This document shows, piece by piece, positions 10,169 through 21,270 of a DNA stretch of 64,000 nucleotides. The position numbers and the translations under genes are program-made. Position 1 is the stretch's first letter. Each line of letters opens with the position of its first letter. Under the pieces are notes generated by a model. It did no database searches, was not told where the DNA came from, and was given only the letters and a program-made list of their open reading frames with translations. The DNA lies in the IMG/VR virus record IMGVR_UViG_3300048625_000156, positions 30,808-94,807 of that record. One strand, written 5' to 3'. The DNA is from a virus.

Positions 10169-11113
10169 CTATTGTAGCATAGAGACTATGGTTTTGTCAA
10201 ATGTTTCATCAAGATTTTTTATATCTTCATTTGACATGTCGCCAATGTCTTTATACTTTTTATCTAGTGTTACTACGGTTACACGGTTGCCAAGCTTTTC
10301 AATTAGCTTAGACTTCATGTTACCGCCAGCTTCATCGTTATCAGCAATGACGATGATGTCATTGAAATACTTCTGAAGAAGTTCTATTTGGATCTTAGAG
10401 ACGTTTGCCCCTAGCGTAGCTACCGCAGGAAAACCGCATTGGTCAAGTCGAATAGCATCAAATGATGACTCAACTACATAGACTTTCCCTGCAGCTTTTA
10501 CACGATGGAGATTAAAAAGAACCTTGCTCTTGGGCAGTCCAGGAGTGTTCTTGAACTCCTTGCCCTCTACAGAGCGTCCTACGAAACCGATGTCGATACC
10601 ATCTGGAGATGCTACAGGAATAGTCACCATGTCTTGCTTCTCTGAAAAGCCTAGGTTAAACTTCTTTATAGATGCTTCTGTAATTAGTCTACCATTGTAG
10701 TATCGCATAGCACGAGGAGACTCCAATGCTTGCTGGTTTAATCTTTTAATCTGGATCTCGTCATATGGAACGTAGTCTGGTTTTTGAACGAGCTTCTGAT
10801 TAACCTGGTCTTCAATATTGGATGGAACGCTCTTGGAGTTGATGTACCGTGCTGATTCGAAGTATGTGCGACCAGAGGTGTGCATAATAAGTTCGGTCAG
10901 GTCACAGACATGCTGGCAAGAAAAGCAGAAAAAGAAACCAGACACCTTGTCTACTTCACCTGCTGGTGAACGGTGGTTGTTGTGAAAAGGACAGAAAATA
11001 ATGTAATCAGAATCTACTTCTGATTCAATTGAGATTCCTGATCCTGTAATGACTCGCTTGATTTGCTCTGGGGTGTACCCAGAACCTCTGTTCCGTCTAT
11101 TCCGATTATCCAT
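10169..11113 (-). CDS. dnaG: DnaG-type DNA primase
   Basis: CHC2 finger CPFH...CFSC; TOPRIM VVESSFD and ADNDEAG. Confidence 0.92.
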   Translation of the reverse strand: MDNRNRRNRGSGYTPEQIKRVITGSGISIESEVDSDYIIFCPFHNNHRSPAGEVDKVSGFFFCFSCQHVCDLTELIMHTSGRTYFESARYINSKSVPSNIEDQVNQKLVQKPDYVPYDEIQIKRLNQQALESPRAMRYYNGRLITEASIKKFNLGFSEKQDMVTIPVASPDGIDIGFVGRSVEGKEFKNTPGLPKSKVLFNLHRVKAAGKVYVVESSFDAIRLDQCGFPAVATLGANVSKIQIELLQKYFNDIIVIADNDEAGGNMKSKLIEKLGNRVTVVTLDKKYKDIGDMSNEDIKNLDETFDKTIVSMLQ

Positions 11114-11358
11114 TCGCTCTTCCTTGTTCCTACATATGTTCCATATATTGATAGTAAAAAATTAAAATTTTCTTTTGCCTCGTTATATTGTATCGTAAAG
11201 TCTGGGTCTATGTCAAGCCTTTGGGCATATCCATTTAGTTTCATTTCGATTCTAAGGAGGCGAATGTATTCCTGCTTTAACCTAGGAATAGCAGCTTCGT
11301 CGTGGATAGACCCATCAAGTTTAAATATCTTGATAGGCTTGTGATGTATATACTTCAT
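11014..11358 (-). CDS. Hypothetical protein (leaderless; 3' end overlaps primase)
   Basis: TATAAT 6 nt upstream of ATG. Confidence 0.65.
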   Translation of the reverse strand: MKYIHHKPIKIFKLDGSIHDEAAIPRLKQEYIRLLRIEMKLNGYAQRLDIDPDFTIQYNEAKENFNFLLSIYGTYVGTRKSEWIIGIDGTEVLGTPQSKSSESLQDQESQLNQK

Positions 11359-11372
11359 ACATCAATTATAGA

Positions 11373-12593
11373 CTATTTTTCTTCAAAGTCCTTGTACTTG
11401 TACCAGCCCTTGTCGAAGTCTACCTGGACCAGGAACTCGCCCATGAATCCGTTACGGTTCTTGCGGAACACGCACTCAAGGATGTCAGAGTTAGTTGCAC
11501 GACCCAGGGCAAGTAGCCAGTCAGCATCGTAGGCAATCTGACGTGACCATGAGGTCTGTCCCAATGTAGGAACAGTATCTAGCTTGGTAACGTCATCTGG
11601 TGTTGCAGACGAGATGGCTACAATAGGGATCTCTTCGCTAATAGCCATAAGCTTTAGTTCACGAGAAAGGTTCTTCATGCGTACCGTTTCGTTATCTGAC
11701 TTCTGGTTAGGAGACATGAGCTGCAAGTAGTCCACAATTACGAGGTCTGGCTTGTACTGATCAATCTTACCACGGATAACAGCAGGAGTTACTTCTCCAC
11801 CGTTGTCGTTTGAAATGATATGGAACTCTGGCTTACCCTCAAGTTCCTTTTTGTGCCAACGCTTAAGGTCTTCAATGTCTACCTGACCAGAAGCAAGCTT
11901 ACGGTGTGACCACAATCCCTCACCCATGGTAGCAAACACACGGTTGCGAACCTCATGCTCAGACATTTCAAGTGAGATGATTAGTGGCGACTTTCCGTTC
12001 TTCCATGCCTGGACTGCTGTGTAGATTGCGAACCACGACTTACCGATACCTGGGTATGCTAGGAGAACGCCTAGCTGACCTGGAGTAATGCCAGCAGGAA
12101 GATAGTTATCAAATCCTGGGAGACCGAGCTTGATACCAATAGAGCCAAGTTCATTCTGACGAGCAAGGTTTTCAAAGTATGCAACAGCAGAATCAATGTC
12201 AGTGGCATCAATGTCACGAATAGTGGCTGTGCTCTTCTTTAGTTCTGAAGTCTTGGTGATAAGGTCCTCTAGGGCTTTTGTCCCCTGACCAGCCTGTACT
12301 TCGGCAGCAGTAGATCGAAGTACATCCTTGAGACTATCTGTAAGGAATTCTGCCTGTAACTCTTCAAGGTGGTATTTGGTAGCACCGATGCCGTCGATAG
12401 GTGCGAAGTCTCGGAACTTGTCTACCACCAAAGATACAGGTGGAACAGTGCCATTAGTCTCAGAATAATTACGAATGAATGTCCAGATATCATTGTGGGT
12501 TCGCAGGATATTGTCAACGTTTGCTTGTAGCAAGACGTGAACCTGCTTATCCTGTAGTACTGCTGAAATCAGCTTTGACTCTGTGTTACTCAT
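11373..12593 (-). CDS. dnaB: DnaB-like replicative helicase
   Basis: AYPGIGKS, SLEM, IVDYLQLM, KNRNG. Confidence 0.93.
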   Translation of the reverse strand: MSNTESKLISAVLQDKQVHVLLQANVDNILRTHNDIWTFIRNYSETNGTVPPVSLVVDKFRDFAPIDGIGATKYHLEELQAEFLTDSLKDVLRSTAAEVQAGQGTKALEDLITKTSELKKSTATIRDIDATDIDSAVAYFENLARQNELGSIGIKLGLPGFDNYLPAGITPGQLGVLLAYPGIGKSWFAIYTAVQAWKNGKSPLIISLEMSEHEVRNRVFATMGEGLWSHRKLASGQVDIEDLKRWHKKELEGKPEFHIISNDNGGEVTPAVIRGKIDQYKPDLVIVDYLQLMSPNQKSDNETVRMKNLSRELKLMAISEEIPIVAISSATPDDVTKLDTVPTLGQTSWSRQIAYDADWLLALGRATNSDILECVFRKNRNGFMGEFLVQVDFDKGWYKYKDFEEK

Positions 12594-12894
12594 TTAACCA
12601 CTCCTTGGCTTTCGCCCTACGTTCGGCTCTCTCTTTGAGATCCTGGACGACTCTTGCTCGTCCGTCAATAATCTTGTCTGCATAATTTGCAAACCATTTC
12701 CAGCTTGGGGATTCTGCTACTGAGAAATAGTAGTCCAGTAGCTCGTAGCACTCTGGTAGTCCATACGATTCAATAAGGGCATCTGCAGCCCATTGTTCAA
12801 CATTTAGATTTAGCGTTACTCGTTCTTCGTAATGCTTGGTGTGAAGCTTGGCATAACGACTGAGCAAAGCCATACGGTCTTTGCGTTCAGCCAT
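12586..12894 (-). CDS. Hypothetical protein (possible helicase loader)
   Basis: Coupled directly upstream of dnaB; function inferred from position only. Confidence 0.6.
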   Translation of the reverse strand: MAERKDRMALLSRYAKLHTKHYEERVTLNLNVEQWAADALIESYGLPECYELLDYYFSVAESPSWKWFANYADKIIDGRARVVQDLKERAERRAKAKEWLNE

Positions 12895-13103
12895 TACTTA
12901 CTGTCAGCCTCGTCTTGTGATTCACGAACCTTTTCAGCAAGCTTTGCTTCTACAAATGCGTAGACACGCTCAAAGGCTTCACTGGTTGTTTCTCCGTCAC
13001 GCTTAGAGTCAACGACCCCAAGATCAATTCGGAGTGACTGGAAGTTACCCAGGTTAAGCGTGTATCCAAGTGACACGTTCACTTTAGTGTTTTCGTTATC
13101 CAT
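12894..13103 (-). CDS. Hypothetical protein
   Basis: GYTLNLGNFQSLRID segment; coupled ORF. Confidence 0.7.
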   Translation of the reverse strand: MDNENTKVNVSLGYTLNLGNFQSLRIDLGVVDSKRDGETTSEAFERVYAFVEAKLAEKVRESQDEADSK

Positions 13104-13119
13104 ACCCTATTACTCTCTT

Positions 13120-13650
13120 CTAAATAGATTCATTCCAAATGGGAATGAAGCGACCATCTTCGGTCCTTGTATATGTAAGTATACCATCTCCCATACGTCT
13201 TGTCAACTCCTGTTTTGAAGGAGTTACATTGTTGGTGATTAGCTTATCCTTACGCTCCCTACCCTGATGGTAGGAAGCTAGTATATCACGAATCTCACGA
13301 ACTTGCGACTCTGCGTAATAACTTCTTACCTGCCACCCTGTAGCCCCACCTGGTTGTGAGCCAGTTGGTCTGGGAATAACTTCCCTCTTCATCAGAGATG
13401 GCATATACTTTTTGTGCCTGTTTACAAGATCTGCCGTTTCCCCAACGGTATAAGCACGTTCACGATTTCTTTTAAAATCGTTAACAAGACAGCTTTCTAT
13501 CTGGTCCTTATTAATGTTATAAACAGACATGATTCCATTTGATCTGTTCATGTGATGTACACGAACCAGGTCTCCATTAAGAAACCACACCTTCTTGCTA
13601 CCAGGAATTATTGGAGCTGTGTTATAGTCGTCAAGGGTTCTGTATGCCAT
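13120..13650 (-). CDS. MerR-like HTH DNA-binding protein
   Basis: AYTVGETADLVNRH...IPRP...RSYYAESQV. Confidence 0.6.
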   Translation of the reverse strand: MAYRTLDDYNTAPIIPGSKKVWFLNGDLVRVHHMNRSNGIMSVYNINKDQIESCLVNDFKRNRERAYTVGETADLVNRHKKYMPSLMKREVIPRPTGSQPGGATGWQVRSYYAESQVREIRDILASYHQGRERKDKLITNNVTPSKQELTRRMGDGILTYTRTEDGRFIPIWNESI

Positions 13651-13660
13651 GCGTTACCTA

Positions 13661-14107
13661 CTAAATATTAGGAATGCCAATAGCAATGATGTTTACGCCA
13701 ACAGAAGCTTTTTCAGTACCTGCACCATTGAACGATACATATCCTGTTACTCTTGAGGTGCTAACATCGTTAATGACTACAGATGAGTCACGACCTGCGT
13801 TTGTATTCTTAATTAGAACAGGTGTTGCAGTGACCACAGGTGGGTACTTGTAGTTATTGTTAAAGTTGTATGTGAACGGTAGCTCTGTCTTGGCGTTGAC
13901 GTTTGTATTGTTAGTGACTTCTACATACCCTGCAACAACTGCTAGATCATTGAGTCTGTGAGTTTCTTTGATAGTTCCGTTGTCAAATTTTGACTCACTG
14001 AACTTTGAAGTAACCTTTGTGGAAAGACCGTTTAGTGCATCTACAATCTGATAGATGTACTGGTAGTCAATCGGTTGTCCCTGTTGTGGGATGGGAATAT
14101 TTGCCAT
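13661..14107 (-). CDS. Virion/tail-tip protein (H-lectin-like C-terminus)
   Basis: YKYPPVVTATP...VNIIAIG pattern; end of the tail operon. Confidence 0.55.
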   Translation of the reverse strand: MANIPIPQQGQPIDYQYIYQIVDALNGLSTKVTSKFSESKFDNGTIKETHRLNDLAVVAGYVEVTNNTNVNAKTELPFTYNFNNNYKYPPVVTATPVLIKNTNAGRDSSVVINDVSTSRVTGYVSFNGAGTEKASVGVNIIAIGIPNI

Positions 14108-14119
14108 ACGTTAATTATA

Positions 14120-14725
14120 TCACAATGAGCCAGAGTTGTATACGGCTTCTGTAGAAACTTGTGGTGAAAGGAATACCCTGGTTTGATGCTGTGTTTCTGT
14201 AGCTGACCTGTTCACTGTGGCTAGATGCACCATAAATTGTGCATACTTTATAGAGGTCATGGTGCTTCTGTGACTTTCCATAATTGGCACAGATAAGCTG
14301 TTGGATGTGCTTGTGGTAATGTACTCCCAGGCAGACCAGACCATGCTTCCAGAAACAATCTCTCCCCATCTTACATAACTATCAAACTTAAGATCGTTAA
14401 GCGGTTCTGGGGTCTTAACTTCTCCATTTGAAGTTGAGAACTTCCAGCTAACGTCAAAGGATGTGCCGTGAGACTTTGTAGTTATGACTGGGGAATACTT
14501 TGCAGTAGACTCTCCTAGTGGATTTAGAATGGTCTTCTCTGTTGATACCTCCGAAAAGACAGGTGTCTTAAAGATGGAGTATTTTGGTGACCAAGACGAT
14601 GTTTGTGTCCCATCCTTGGATGTAATTCTATATCTAACAGAGTATGACAGATCATCTGCAATTACTGGGAGGGCATCTTTTGGAATAATTATTTTTTGAA
14701 TGCCTCTGTCTGGTGATGTAGCCAT
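14120..14725 (-). CDS. Minor tail protein
   Basis: YSVRYRI...SSWSP Fn3-like segment; tail operon. Confidence 0.55.
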   Translation of the reverse strand: MATSPDRGIQKIIIPKDALPVIADDLSYSVRYRITSKDGTQTSSWSPKYSIFKTPVFSEVSTEKTILNPLGESTAKYSPVITTKSHGTSFDVSWKFSTSNGEVKTPEPLNDLKFDSYVRWGEIVSGSMVWSAWEYITTSTSNSLSVPIMESHRSTMTSIKYAQFMVHLATVNRSATETQHQTRVFLSPQVSTEAVYNSGSL

Positions 14726-14726
14726 G

Positions 14727-16157
14727 CTAAATCACATCCGCTACAAATCTAAACTCTATAATGTGCGACTCGTCAGACTCTTTTGTGGCTGTGGTTGGTG
14801 TTGACGTACCAGATATTGAGTAGTTGTTTTTAATAACTGTGTATCCTGTTAAGCCATAGACAGCACTTGTTGAGGATATGTTATCAAGCCTGATGCCATC
14901 AAGTGCGATGTAGTAGTCGTCTGATACTGTTCCAGAAGTAAAGTCTGATGATGTTGCGTAGACCGATGCAAAGATTCTGACATACTTTACTGCAGACCAA
15001 GAGAATCCATTTGAGCTTGTAGACAGGTCTCTAATTGGAACACTGTTAACAAAATATCTATTGGTTGCAAAGTCTACGCCGTTTTGTCCATCTACCAGGT
15101 CTGCCTGTAGTCTTGCATAGATTGTTGATCCTGTGATTGGGTCATCGGACCCGAATTCTGCAACTAGGATCACCTTGTATGGATCTGGCTGTGTTACGTT
15201 TTTGCTAATTACAGAGAAAGCTATCTTTACTTCGTCAAGAATTGAGTTCCTACTTAGGTCGATAGTGGTGTCAACGTGTAGGTGAGAAGATGTGTCAGCA
15301 ATTACTAGGCTTCCGCTACTGTAGCTGAGCTTTGACAAGTCCCCACGAACAATAACTGAGCTGTTCTGAAATCTTGGAATCTCTAGTCTTGATTTTCTCA
15401 ATGATTCTGAAAAGGTTAGGTTGTTTGAGTTTGCTTGGAATGCCTTGTCGTCTGTGCTAAGTGATGAAACTAGCTGTACAGATCCTCCAGAAGTATATGT
15501 TCCAGATGCCGATGCACCTACATCTACTGTGAACGTTGTTCTTGAGTCGGGTACTGCTGTCACTAGAACGTTAGAAAAGTTTAGAGATGATGGTGTTACT
15601 CCAGTGATGTCAACGTAGTCTCCAACAGAAAGTCTATTGGTTGCCGTATATGTAACTAAATGATTATTCTCTGTGCTAACAGTTGCCCCAGCAATGACTG
15701 CAAGTTTAGTTGTTGTCACGTCAATATCGCTGCCAGAACTATTTAGCTTGTCTGAGTAGAACGGTACAAGAGCTTTTGTACCTGCAGATCTGTGATACTG
15801 CCACTGCTCGTTTTGACTAAAAGAATAAAGAATCTTGCTATCAATGTTTTGAGCTACTGGGTTAGAGGCTGCTGGATATAGCCCAATTTCAGAGAACTCG
15901 TATCTATTTTCTGAAGGGATCTGTGCTGTAAGAACAATTTTTGATACGCCATCTTCAACAACATAGCCACGAGATATTACTGGAACCCTGAACATTTCAA
16001 AATCAAGTGATTTCTTTTCTAAATATGTATCTGTGTCAAACGAGTCTGTCTTTAGCAATGGCTTTGCACCGCAACCTAGAGCAATATATGACGCATAGGA
16101 TGGAGCCTGACCTACCAGGTATTTTGAAATAATGGACTTGCCCTTGTTTGTAATCAT
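14727..16157 (-). CDS. Minor tail/baseplate protein
   Basis: MITNKGK...IALGCG...EIGLY tail-fibre-anchor-like N-terminus. Confidence 0.65.
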   Translation of the reverse strand: MITNKGKSIISKYLVGQAPSYASYIALGCGAKPLLKTDSFDTDTYLEKKSLDFEMFRVPVISRGYVVEDGVSKIVLTAQIPSENRYEFSEIGLYPAASNPVAQNIDSKILYSFSQNEQWQYHRSAGTKALVPFYSDKLNSSGSDIDVTTTKLAVIAGATVSTENNHLVTYTATNRLSVGDYVDITGVTPSSLNFSNVLVTAVPDSRTTFTVDVGASASGTYTSGGSVQLVSSLSTDDKAFQANSNNLTFSESLRKSRLEIPRFQNSSVIVRGDLSKLSYSSGSLVIADTSSHLHVDTTIDLSRNSILDEVKIAFSVISKNVTQPDPYKVILVAEFGSDDPITGSTIYARLQADLVDGQNGVDFATNRYFVNSVPIRDLSTSSNGFSWSAVKYVRIFASVYATSSDFTSGTVSDDYYIALDGIRLDNISSTSAVYGLTGYTVIKNNYSISGTSTPTTATKESDESHIIEFRFVADVI

Positions 16158-16164
16158 AGACTAA

Positions 16165-16686
16165 TTATACCACTAATGGATAGGTTTGAGTGACATCCTC
16201 TGAGTAAGTCACAAACTCTACCTCTACCCTCAAATTATTATCAACGTTAATGGTGTTGACAACCACCCTTCCAGTTTCCACGTCTACATAAACAGTCTCA
16301 CCTGTGTAGGCTCCGTCAACGTCTATTGCTGTTCCAAATTCTGGAATATAGTTGCCCAGCATGAAAGAGAATAGGCTGGCGTGTTGCTGGTCCGTTCCCT
16401 GCATTGCAATCATTGAGTTGGGGTTAAACTTCTGTTCAAGTGATGCCAAGTTAGACACAATGTTGTATGTGACATTCTGACCATTAAGGATATCTGTTCT
16501 TGTGATATTAATTAATTCTTGACCACCAATGTCTTCAAGAATAGCGTCTGCGATAAAGTCAGTCTTGTCAGTTCTTTCCTCAAGCACAAAAAGGTTTGAG
16601 GTTGCAACTTTTACAGCAACATTCGCTTGTCTATCAGTCTTTTTAGGGACTGCTGGTTTTACAGTTATCTTTGGTTTTGCTGCCAT
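16165..16686 (-). CDS. Minor tail protein
   Basis: Tail operon context. Confidence 0.55.
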   Translation of the reverse strand: MAAKPKITVKPAVPKKTDRQANVAVKVATSNLFVLEERTDKTDFIADAILEDIGGQELINITRTDILNGQNVTYNIVSNLASLEQKFNPNSMIAMQGTDQQHASLFSFMLGNYIPEFGTAIDVDGAYTGETVYVDVETGRVVVNTINVDNNLRVEVEFVTYSEDVTQTYPLVV

Positions 16687-19600
16687 TACGTCACCTCACT
16701 TAAATGAACGACCATTGTTGGTCCGCTTCCGTTTCTATTGTACTCAATTGAGTATACTACATATCGTGATTCATCCGATTCTGACACCTGGCTAATTCCA
16801 TGTTCGTCATACTTAATCTTAACAATGTCTCCAAGTTGTAAAGTTGGTGTTGAGAAGATTTCCAAACCAACTGCTTTTCGTGGTTGCATAACTTTGGATA
16901 CAAGCCAGCCCATCATATCCTCTGCAGCACCTTGTGATTGAATGTACGGAGTCTCAATTGTGAACTCTTTGTTTCCATATGTCAATCTATTCTTTTTAAT
17001 ATCAGAGTAGGCTTTTTCATACTTCTTACTATACACCTGATTATTACGGTAGTCAGGATCTGAGAGGTTTCCCTGATCCGTAAAGAACTCGTCTACGGTA
17101 TAGTCGTGCTTTGAGTTTTGTGTAAACGTTACTCCCTGAATTCTTAAATAGTTTCCACTACCACTATCCAAGCTAAGAACTGTATCGGTAGTGTTAAAGA
17201 TTAGGAACTCCGCACCGAAGGCATTTGCTGTAAACCCAGATACAGCATAGCCCTGGTTGTTGTTAAACGTTGGAGAAATCTTTGCAAACAGTGCAGGGTA
17301 CGCTTTGTCGTACTTAATGTTAAAGTAAGCCATCTCCCTCATAATGGTTCCAAACTCTTCAAAATAAATATTGTATTCTGGCTTACCGACACCAGCATTT
17401 ACACCAGTCAAGAACGTGGACTTGATGGCTCCGCTAAGTGCAAACTTGTTCATAGATGTTGATGCTGTGGTGTTGTCCATTCCAAAGACGTTTGCTACTG
17501 GAGCGTTCACAAGAGATGATGGGTTAACTTCGGCGTTGGTCGCAAGAGCAGAAACGTTTTCGAACATAATTCTAGATGATCCACGAGTAAAGAGTGCAAT
17601 GTTGTTGTGTTTGTTCAGTGGGTCTGCATCTACAACTGAGCCAACAAGGCTTCCATTTAGGTACATGAAGAACTTGACTCCAGTACCAGACTTCTGATAT
17701 TCTACGCTAATGTCGTAAACGGTTGGATTCTTTTCGTTAACCATTCTGCTTTGACCAGTAAATCTTCCATCGTCAACCAGGATTGGAGCCATGCCACTCC
17801 ATAGAACAATTGGAACAGCCAAACCATCACTAGGTCGTGATTGGATTTTGTAAAAGAAAATTGTGTTAATTGCAGACGCAGTAGCAGTATATGCTTTTGA
17901 CTCTGTATCCGTTAATGCTACAATTTCATAGTAGTATCCTGCGTTAGTTGTTGGGTCTACCCAAATTCCGATACCGCCAGATGATCCACCAACGTTTACA
18001 GCCTTACCTTGGTCGTCTTGCACGGAATAGTATGGCATACTTCCAACAGGAGTTTGAGTCCTTGATTGCTGATTTTCCATTGAGCCAACGACCCTCATAC
18101 GAGTTGAGTAGTGAACAAACCTATTGTCAAGAGGTGTTGGATTGGTTACATACTGGATGTAGTCTTGCGGATTTACCGTTGATGGATATGTTGGTCCATC
18201 CAGAATGAGTGCTGAGCTTTGTACGGTTCCAGGAGTTGTAGCATTCTTCTTGTTTGTCTGAGTCTCCGTAATCTCTTTTGAGCTTAGGTAGTTCTTCATA
18301 ATTCCGCTTGCAGTAGCTGTCTTTACGCTGTGCCAGTCAGTTAGAACACCTGCAGCAACATTCTGATATGTAATGCCTGTATTTCCTCCGTTAAACATTA
18401 GAGTTGAAACCATCTTGCATTTCTTGACTCGCTTTTCATCTGTCCATCCAGACGAAAGTCCTGCTTGGTGCTCTACAATCGATGTTCCAAACTGACCACG
18501 ACCATGCTTAGCAACCTTTCCATTCTTAAGGGTATTTGCGGTAGCATCATAGTACGGCTCTGAGTAAATCCTTACCAGTCCTGTTGGATACATCTTTCCA
18601 CCAAAAGGCATTGTTGCAAAGTATTTTTGATACTCCTCTGGGCTTGAGATCCAAACGTTTCCATCTGTTAGAGTGCTGTACTGAACAGCATCAAACTTAA
18701 TAATTTCTCCGTTGGCATAGAAGTAACCGTTGTATCTTGATAGCCAGTAGACAGCCTCCCCAAGATCCATTGTGTTATTGACAACAACGCCGTTCTCAAC
18801 AAATGGGATGTCGGAGGATAGGGTCGTGTCTAGTGGAATTGCTGCAAGCGTGTAGGAAGACTGCTTTCCAGACTCATCGTTCCAAGCCTTTGTGTTCTCT
18901 CCTGGTGATACCTCCCACAGTAAGACTGGTTTGTATACCCAAGTTTTTTCTGCGTCCAGCACATTTGCCTGTGAGAGTGAGCTGTAAGACCTTTGAATAT
19001 ACTTGGTTTCATATGTAATCTTTCCACTGTTGTGAACGTCATCAGATTGTGACTCTAGCTGTGCAATATTGGTAAGGTGTACCTGATTGTCAATGATTTC
19101 GTTTTCTCCACGAAGAGTCATCGACGTTGCTCGCTCCGTCTCGCTTGGCATCATGTATTCTTTTGTCATTAGGACTAGGTTATTTGTTTCGTCAAAGAAC
19201 ATTGCTGTCTGTGTAGATACCGCAAGGTCATTCAGCACCTGACCGATTGTGGTGTTTGGACCAACGATAAAGTATGGGATAACTGGCTCTTGCTGTCCAA
19301 TTCTTCTAAATGTATAGTTAGAAAAACCAATAGAGTCAAGTAGGCAGGAGACAGCCATGCTAAGTGAGCAGTTCGGAATAATTAGCTCTGGAGCCTTCAT
19401 CTTTTCTAGGTGGAAGAATAGATCACGAACCTTTACGGAGACGTGCTTAGATGAAGCACTTGTCTCTGGAAAACTTTCTGCATATAAAGTTTTGATTGGA
19501 ACATGATAAACCATTCCGTTATCTGGGTAGATTGATTCATAAAACTTAACCTGCAAGTTCTTTGTTTGAAGATAGCTAATAAGACTATCTGGGTTATTTG

Positions 19601-21269
19601 GATTAAAAGCTTGATCGTAGTCAAACATGTCTAGGCTTCCTGTAGATGCCAGTAGCTGTCCTACAGGCATACCACTTGAGCCAAGGTCTGAGGCATGTTT
19701 TGTTACAGATATAGATGTGATCTTGTCTGTAAGGTTTGCAGCAAGGCGTGGTGACATTTCAATTAGGTCGAAGGTCACGTTGTCAATTGTCATTGAGTCT
19801 ACAACGATTCTCATACCCTTCACATACTGAATATCCCTGTAAACCTTTGTTGTTCCGTCCATGTAATACGGTGGGGATGTTAGTTCGTCTATGAAGCTAG
19901 TGGTTCTGCTAGGAGTTTCTGAGTGCAAGTACCAGCCATATTCTGGTGTAAAGGAGTCGAAGTTATCCACCTTGTTTCCAGAGTCATTGCCGTTTGCAAC
20001 GTAGTAGGTCCCTGGTCCACTTGTAGACGGAACAAGGTATGCGTATCCCTCTGGTGCAGAGATTGGAAGTGCTTCAAAGGAGGACTGCTGGGGGGCAAAG
20101 ATCAGAGAGTCTGTGTACTCGTCTGGAACGATAAGACCATAAGCAAGCTCTACATATCCATCTGAAGGAATCTCAATGTTGTTATCTCCAGAAAAGTCTA
20201 CTGCATCTACCCAGTTATTCTGAGCGTTAAGTACTTGAATTTTCCAATCTAGAGGAACAGCCTTGGTTGCAGACGTATCATAAAATGGGTCGTCGAACGC
20301 ATTGCCGTCTTCATCAATGTATCCTCCGCTAGGGGCTGCATCGATGTCTCCGACTTTTGTCTGCATCTTGACCACCAATCTGTTTGATGGAAGACTATTC
20401 TTGTACACTACAAAGGGTGCTGCGTCGTCGATGAAGAACTTGTTACCAGACCTATAAGATACTCCACGAATATCCTCAAAGCTTTTGTCAACTGTTGCTG
20501 TTCCCTGTTCTCCATTTTCACTTAGAGTAACAGTTCCTGCAGTGCTATTGATAAGACCATATACCTTGAAGTATGTTGATGTGGCTGTCAGAATAACGAA
20601 GTCTCTGTTGATGGTTGACACAGACGCTTTGTTTACCCCCTGGATTGAAACGTAATCTCCAGCATCAAAAGAGTTCAAGGCGTAGACGGTGGTAACCCAA
20701 CCGTTTGAGGTTGACTTTGACTTTCCAACTTTTGTAACAGTTGCCGTTACAGTGGCAGTCTTGCCTTCTGTTCTAAGCGATGTCCAGTATTTGAAATTGT
20801 CATTTGCAGTACCAAAATAAAATCTTGGCTGTCTAGCCATGTCTGGGTGTACACGGTTTAGGTATTGTCCGTCGAAGTATATAGCTTTGTTGATTCCAGA
20901 ACGAGGGCGGAAGCGACCTAGGCAGTCCTCTAAAGAAAAAAGAGTCTTCATTTTATCTTTTTTAGAAATAAAGATTTGTGGGGTTCCGTCATCCTTAAAC
21001 CCACCGTCTACAACAACATCTGAGTCAGTCGCACCGAAGTAGTGCTTAGTTGCTGTTAGTGCATTTTCAGAAACAAAGTTAGTCTTTGGACCAGAAAAGA
21101 TATAGTCGTCGTCTCCGACCTCAGCATCTGGTCTATTGCGATAGTTACCAATTTCATCAATGTTTTCAGCAATGTTAAGATTCCACTCAGCAACAACGAG
21201 TGCTTGAGAGTTGATCGTAGAGGATGTCTCTAGATGTTTTTGTAAGTAGTTATTTTCGCTTTGCCACAT
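16686..21269 (-). CDS. Large tail-tip/baseplate hub protein (1527 aa)
   Basis: Second gene after tape measure; C-terminal PTLQLGDIVKI hub motif. Confidence 0.7.
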   Translation of the reverse strand: MWQSENNYLQKHLETSSTINSQALVVAEWNLNIAENIDEIGNYRNRPDAEVGDDDYIFSGPKTNFVSENALTATKHYFGATDSDVVVDGGFKDDGTPQIFISKKDKMKTLFSLEDCLGRFRPRSGINKAIYFDGQYLNRVHPDMARQPRFYFGTANDNFKYWTSLRTEGKTATVTATVTKVGKSKSTSNGWVTTVYALNSFDAGDYVSIQGVNKASVSTINRDFVILTATSTYFKVYGLINSTAGTVTLSENGEQGTATVDKSFEDIRGVSYRSGNKFFIDDAAPFVVYKNSLPSNRLVVKMQTKVGDIDAAPSGGYIDEDGNAFDDPFYDTSATKAVPLDWKIQVLNAQNNWVDAVDFSGDNNIEIPSDGYVELAYGLIVPDEYTDSLIFAPQQSSFEALPISAPEGYAYLVPSTSGPGTYYVANGNDSGNKVDNFDSFTPEYGWYLHSETPSRTTSFIDELTSPPYYMDGTTKVYRDIQYVKGMRIVVDSMTIDNVTFDLIEMSPRLAANLTDKITSISVTKHASDLGSSGMPVGQLLASTGSLDMFDYDQAFNPNNPDSLISYLQTKNLQVKFYESIYPDNGMVYHVPIKTLYAESFPETSASSKHVSVKVRDLFFHLEKMKAPELIIPNCSLSMAVSCLLDSIGFSNYTFRRIGQQEPVIPYFIVGPNTTIGQVLNDLAVSTQTAMFFDETNNLVLMTKEYMMPSETERATSMTLRGENEIIDNQVHLTNIAQLESQSDDVHNSGKITYETKYIQRSYSSLSQANVLDAEKTWVYKPVLLWEVSPGENTKAWNDESGKQSSYTLAAIPLDTTLSSDIPFVENGVVVNNTMDLGEAVYWLSRYNGYFYANGEIIKFDAVQYSTLTDGNVWISSPEEYQKYFATMPFGGKMYPTGLVRIYSEPYYDATANTLKNGKVAKHGRGQFGTSIVEHQAGLSSGWTDEKRVKKCKMVSTLMFNGGNTGITYQNVAAGVLTDWHSVKTATASGIMKNYLSSKEITETQTNKKNATTPGTVQSSALILDGPTYPSTVNPQDYIQYVTNPTPLDNRFVHYSTRMRVVGSMENQQSRTQTPVGSMPYYSVQDDQGKAVNVGGSSGGIGIWVDPTTNAGYYYEIVALTDTESKAYTATASAINTIFFYKIQSRPSDGLAVPIVLWSGMAPILVDDGRFTGQSRMVNEKNPTVYDISVEYQKSGTGVKFFMYLNGSLVGSVVDADPLNKHNNIALFTRGSSRIMFENVSALATNAEVNPSSLVNAPVANVFGMDNTTASTSMNKFALSGAIKSTFLTGVNAGVGKPEYNIYFEEFGTIMREMAYFNIKYDKAYPALFAKISPTFNNNQGYAVSGFTANAFGAEFLIFNTTDTVLSLDSGSGNYLRIQGVTFTQNSKHDYTVDEFFTDQGNLSDPDYRNNQVYSKKYEKAYSDIKKNRLTYGNKEFTIETPYIQSQGAAEDMMGWLVSKVMQPRKAVGLEIFSTPTLQLGDIVKIKYDEHGISQVSESDESRYVVYSIEYNRNGSGPTMVVHLSEVT

Positions 21270-21270
21270 A

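Noticed and set aside
6088-12593. Inteins or introns in dnaE, primase or dnaB
   Set aside because: Lengths are normal, motifs are contiguous and no splice-junction motifs were seen.
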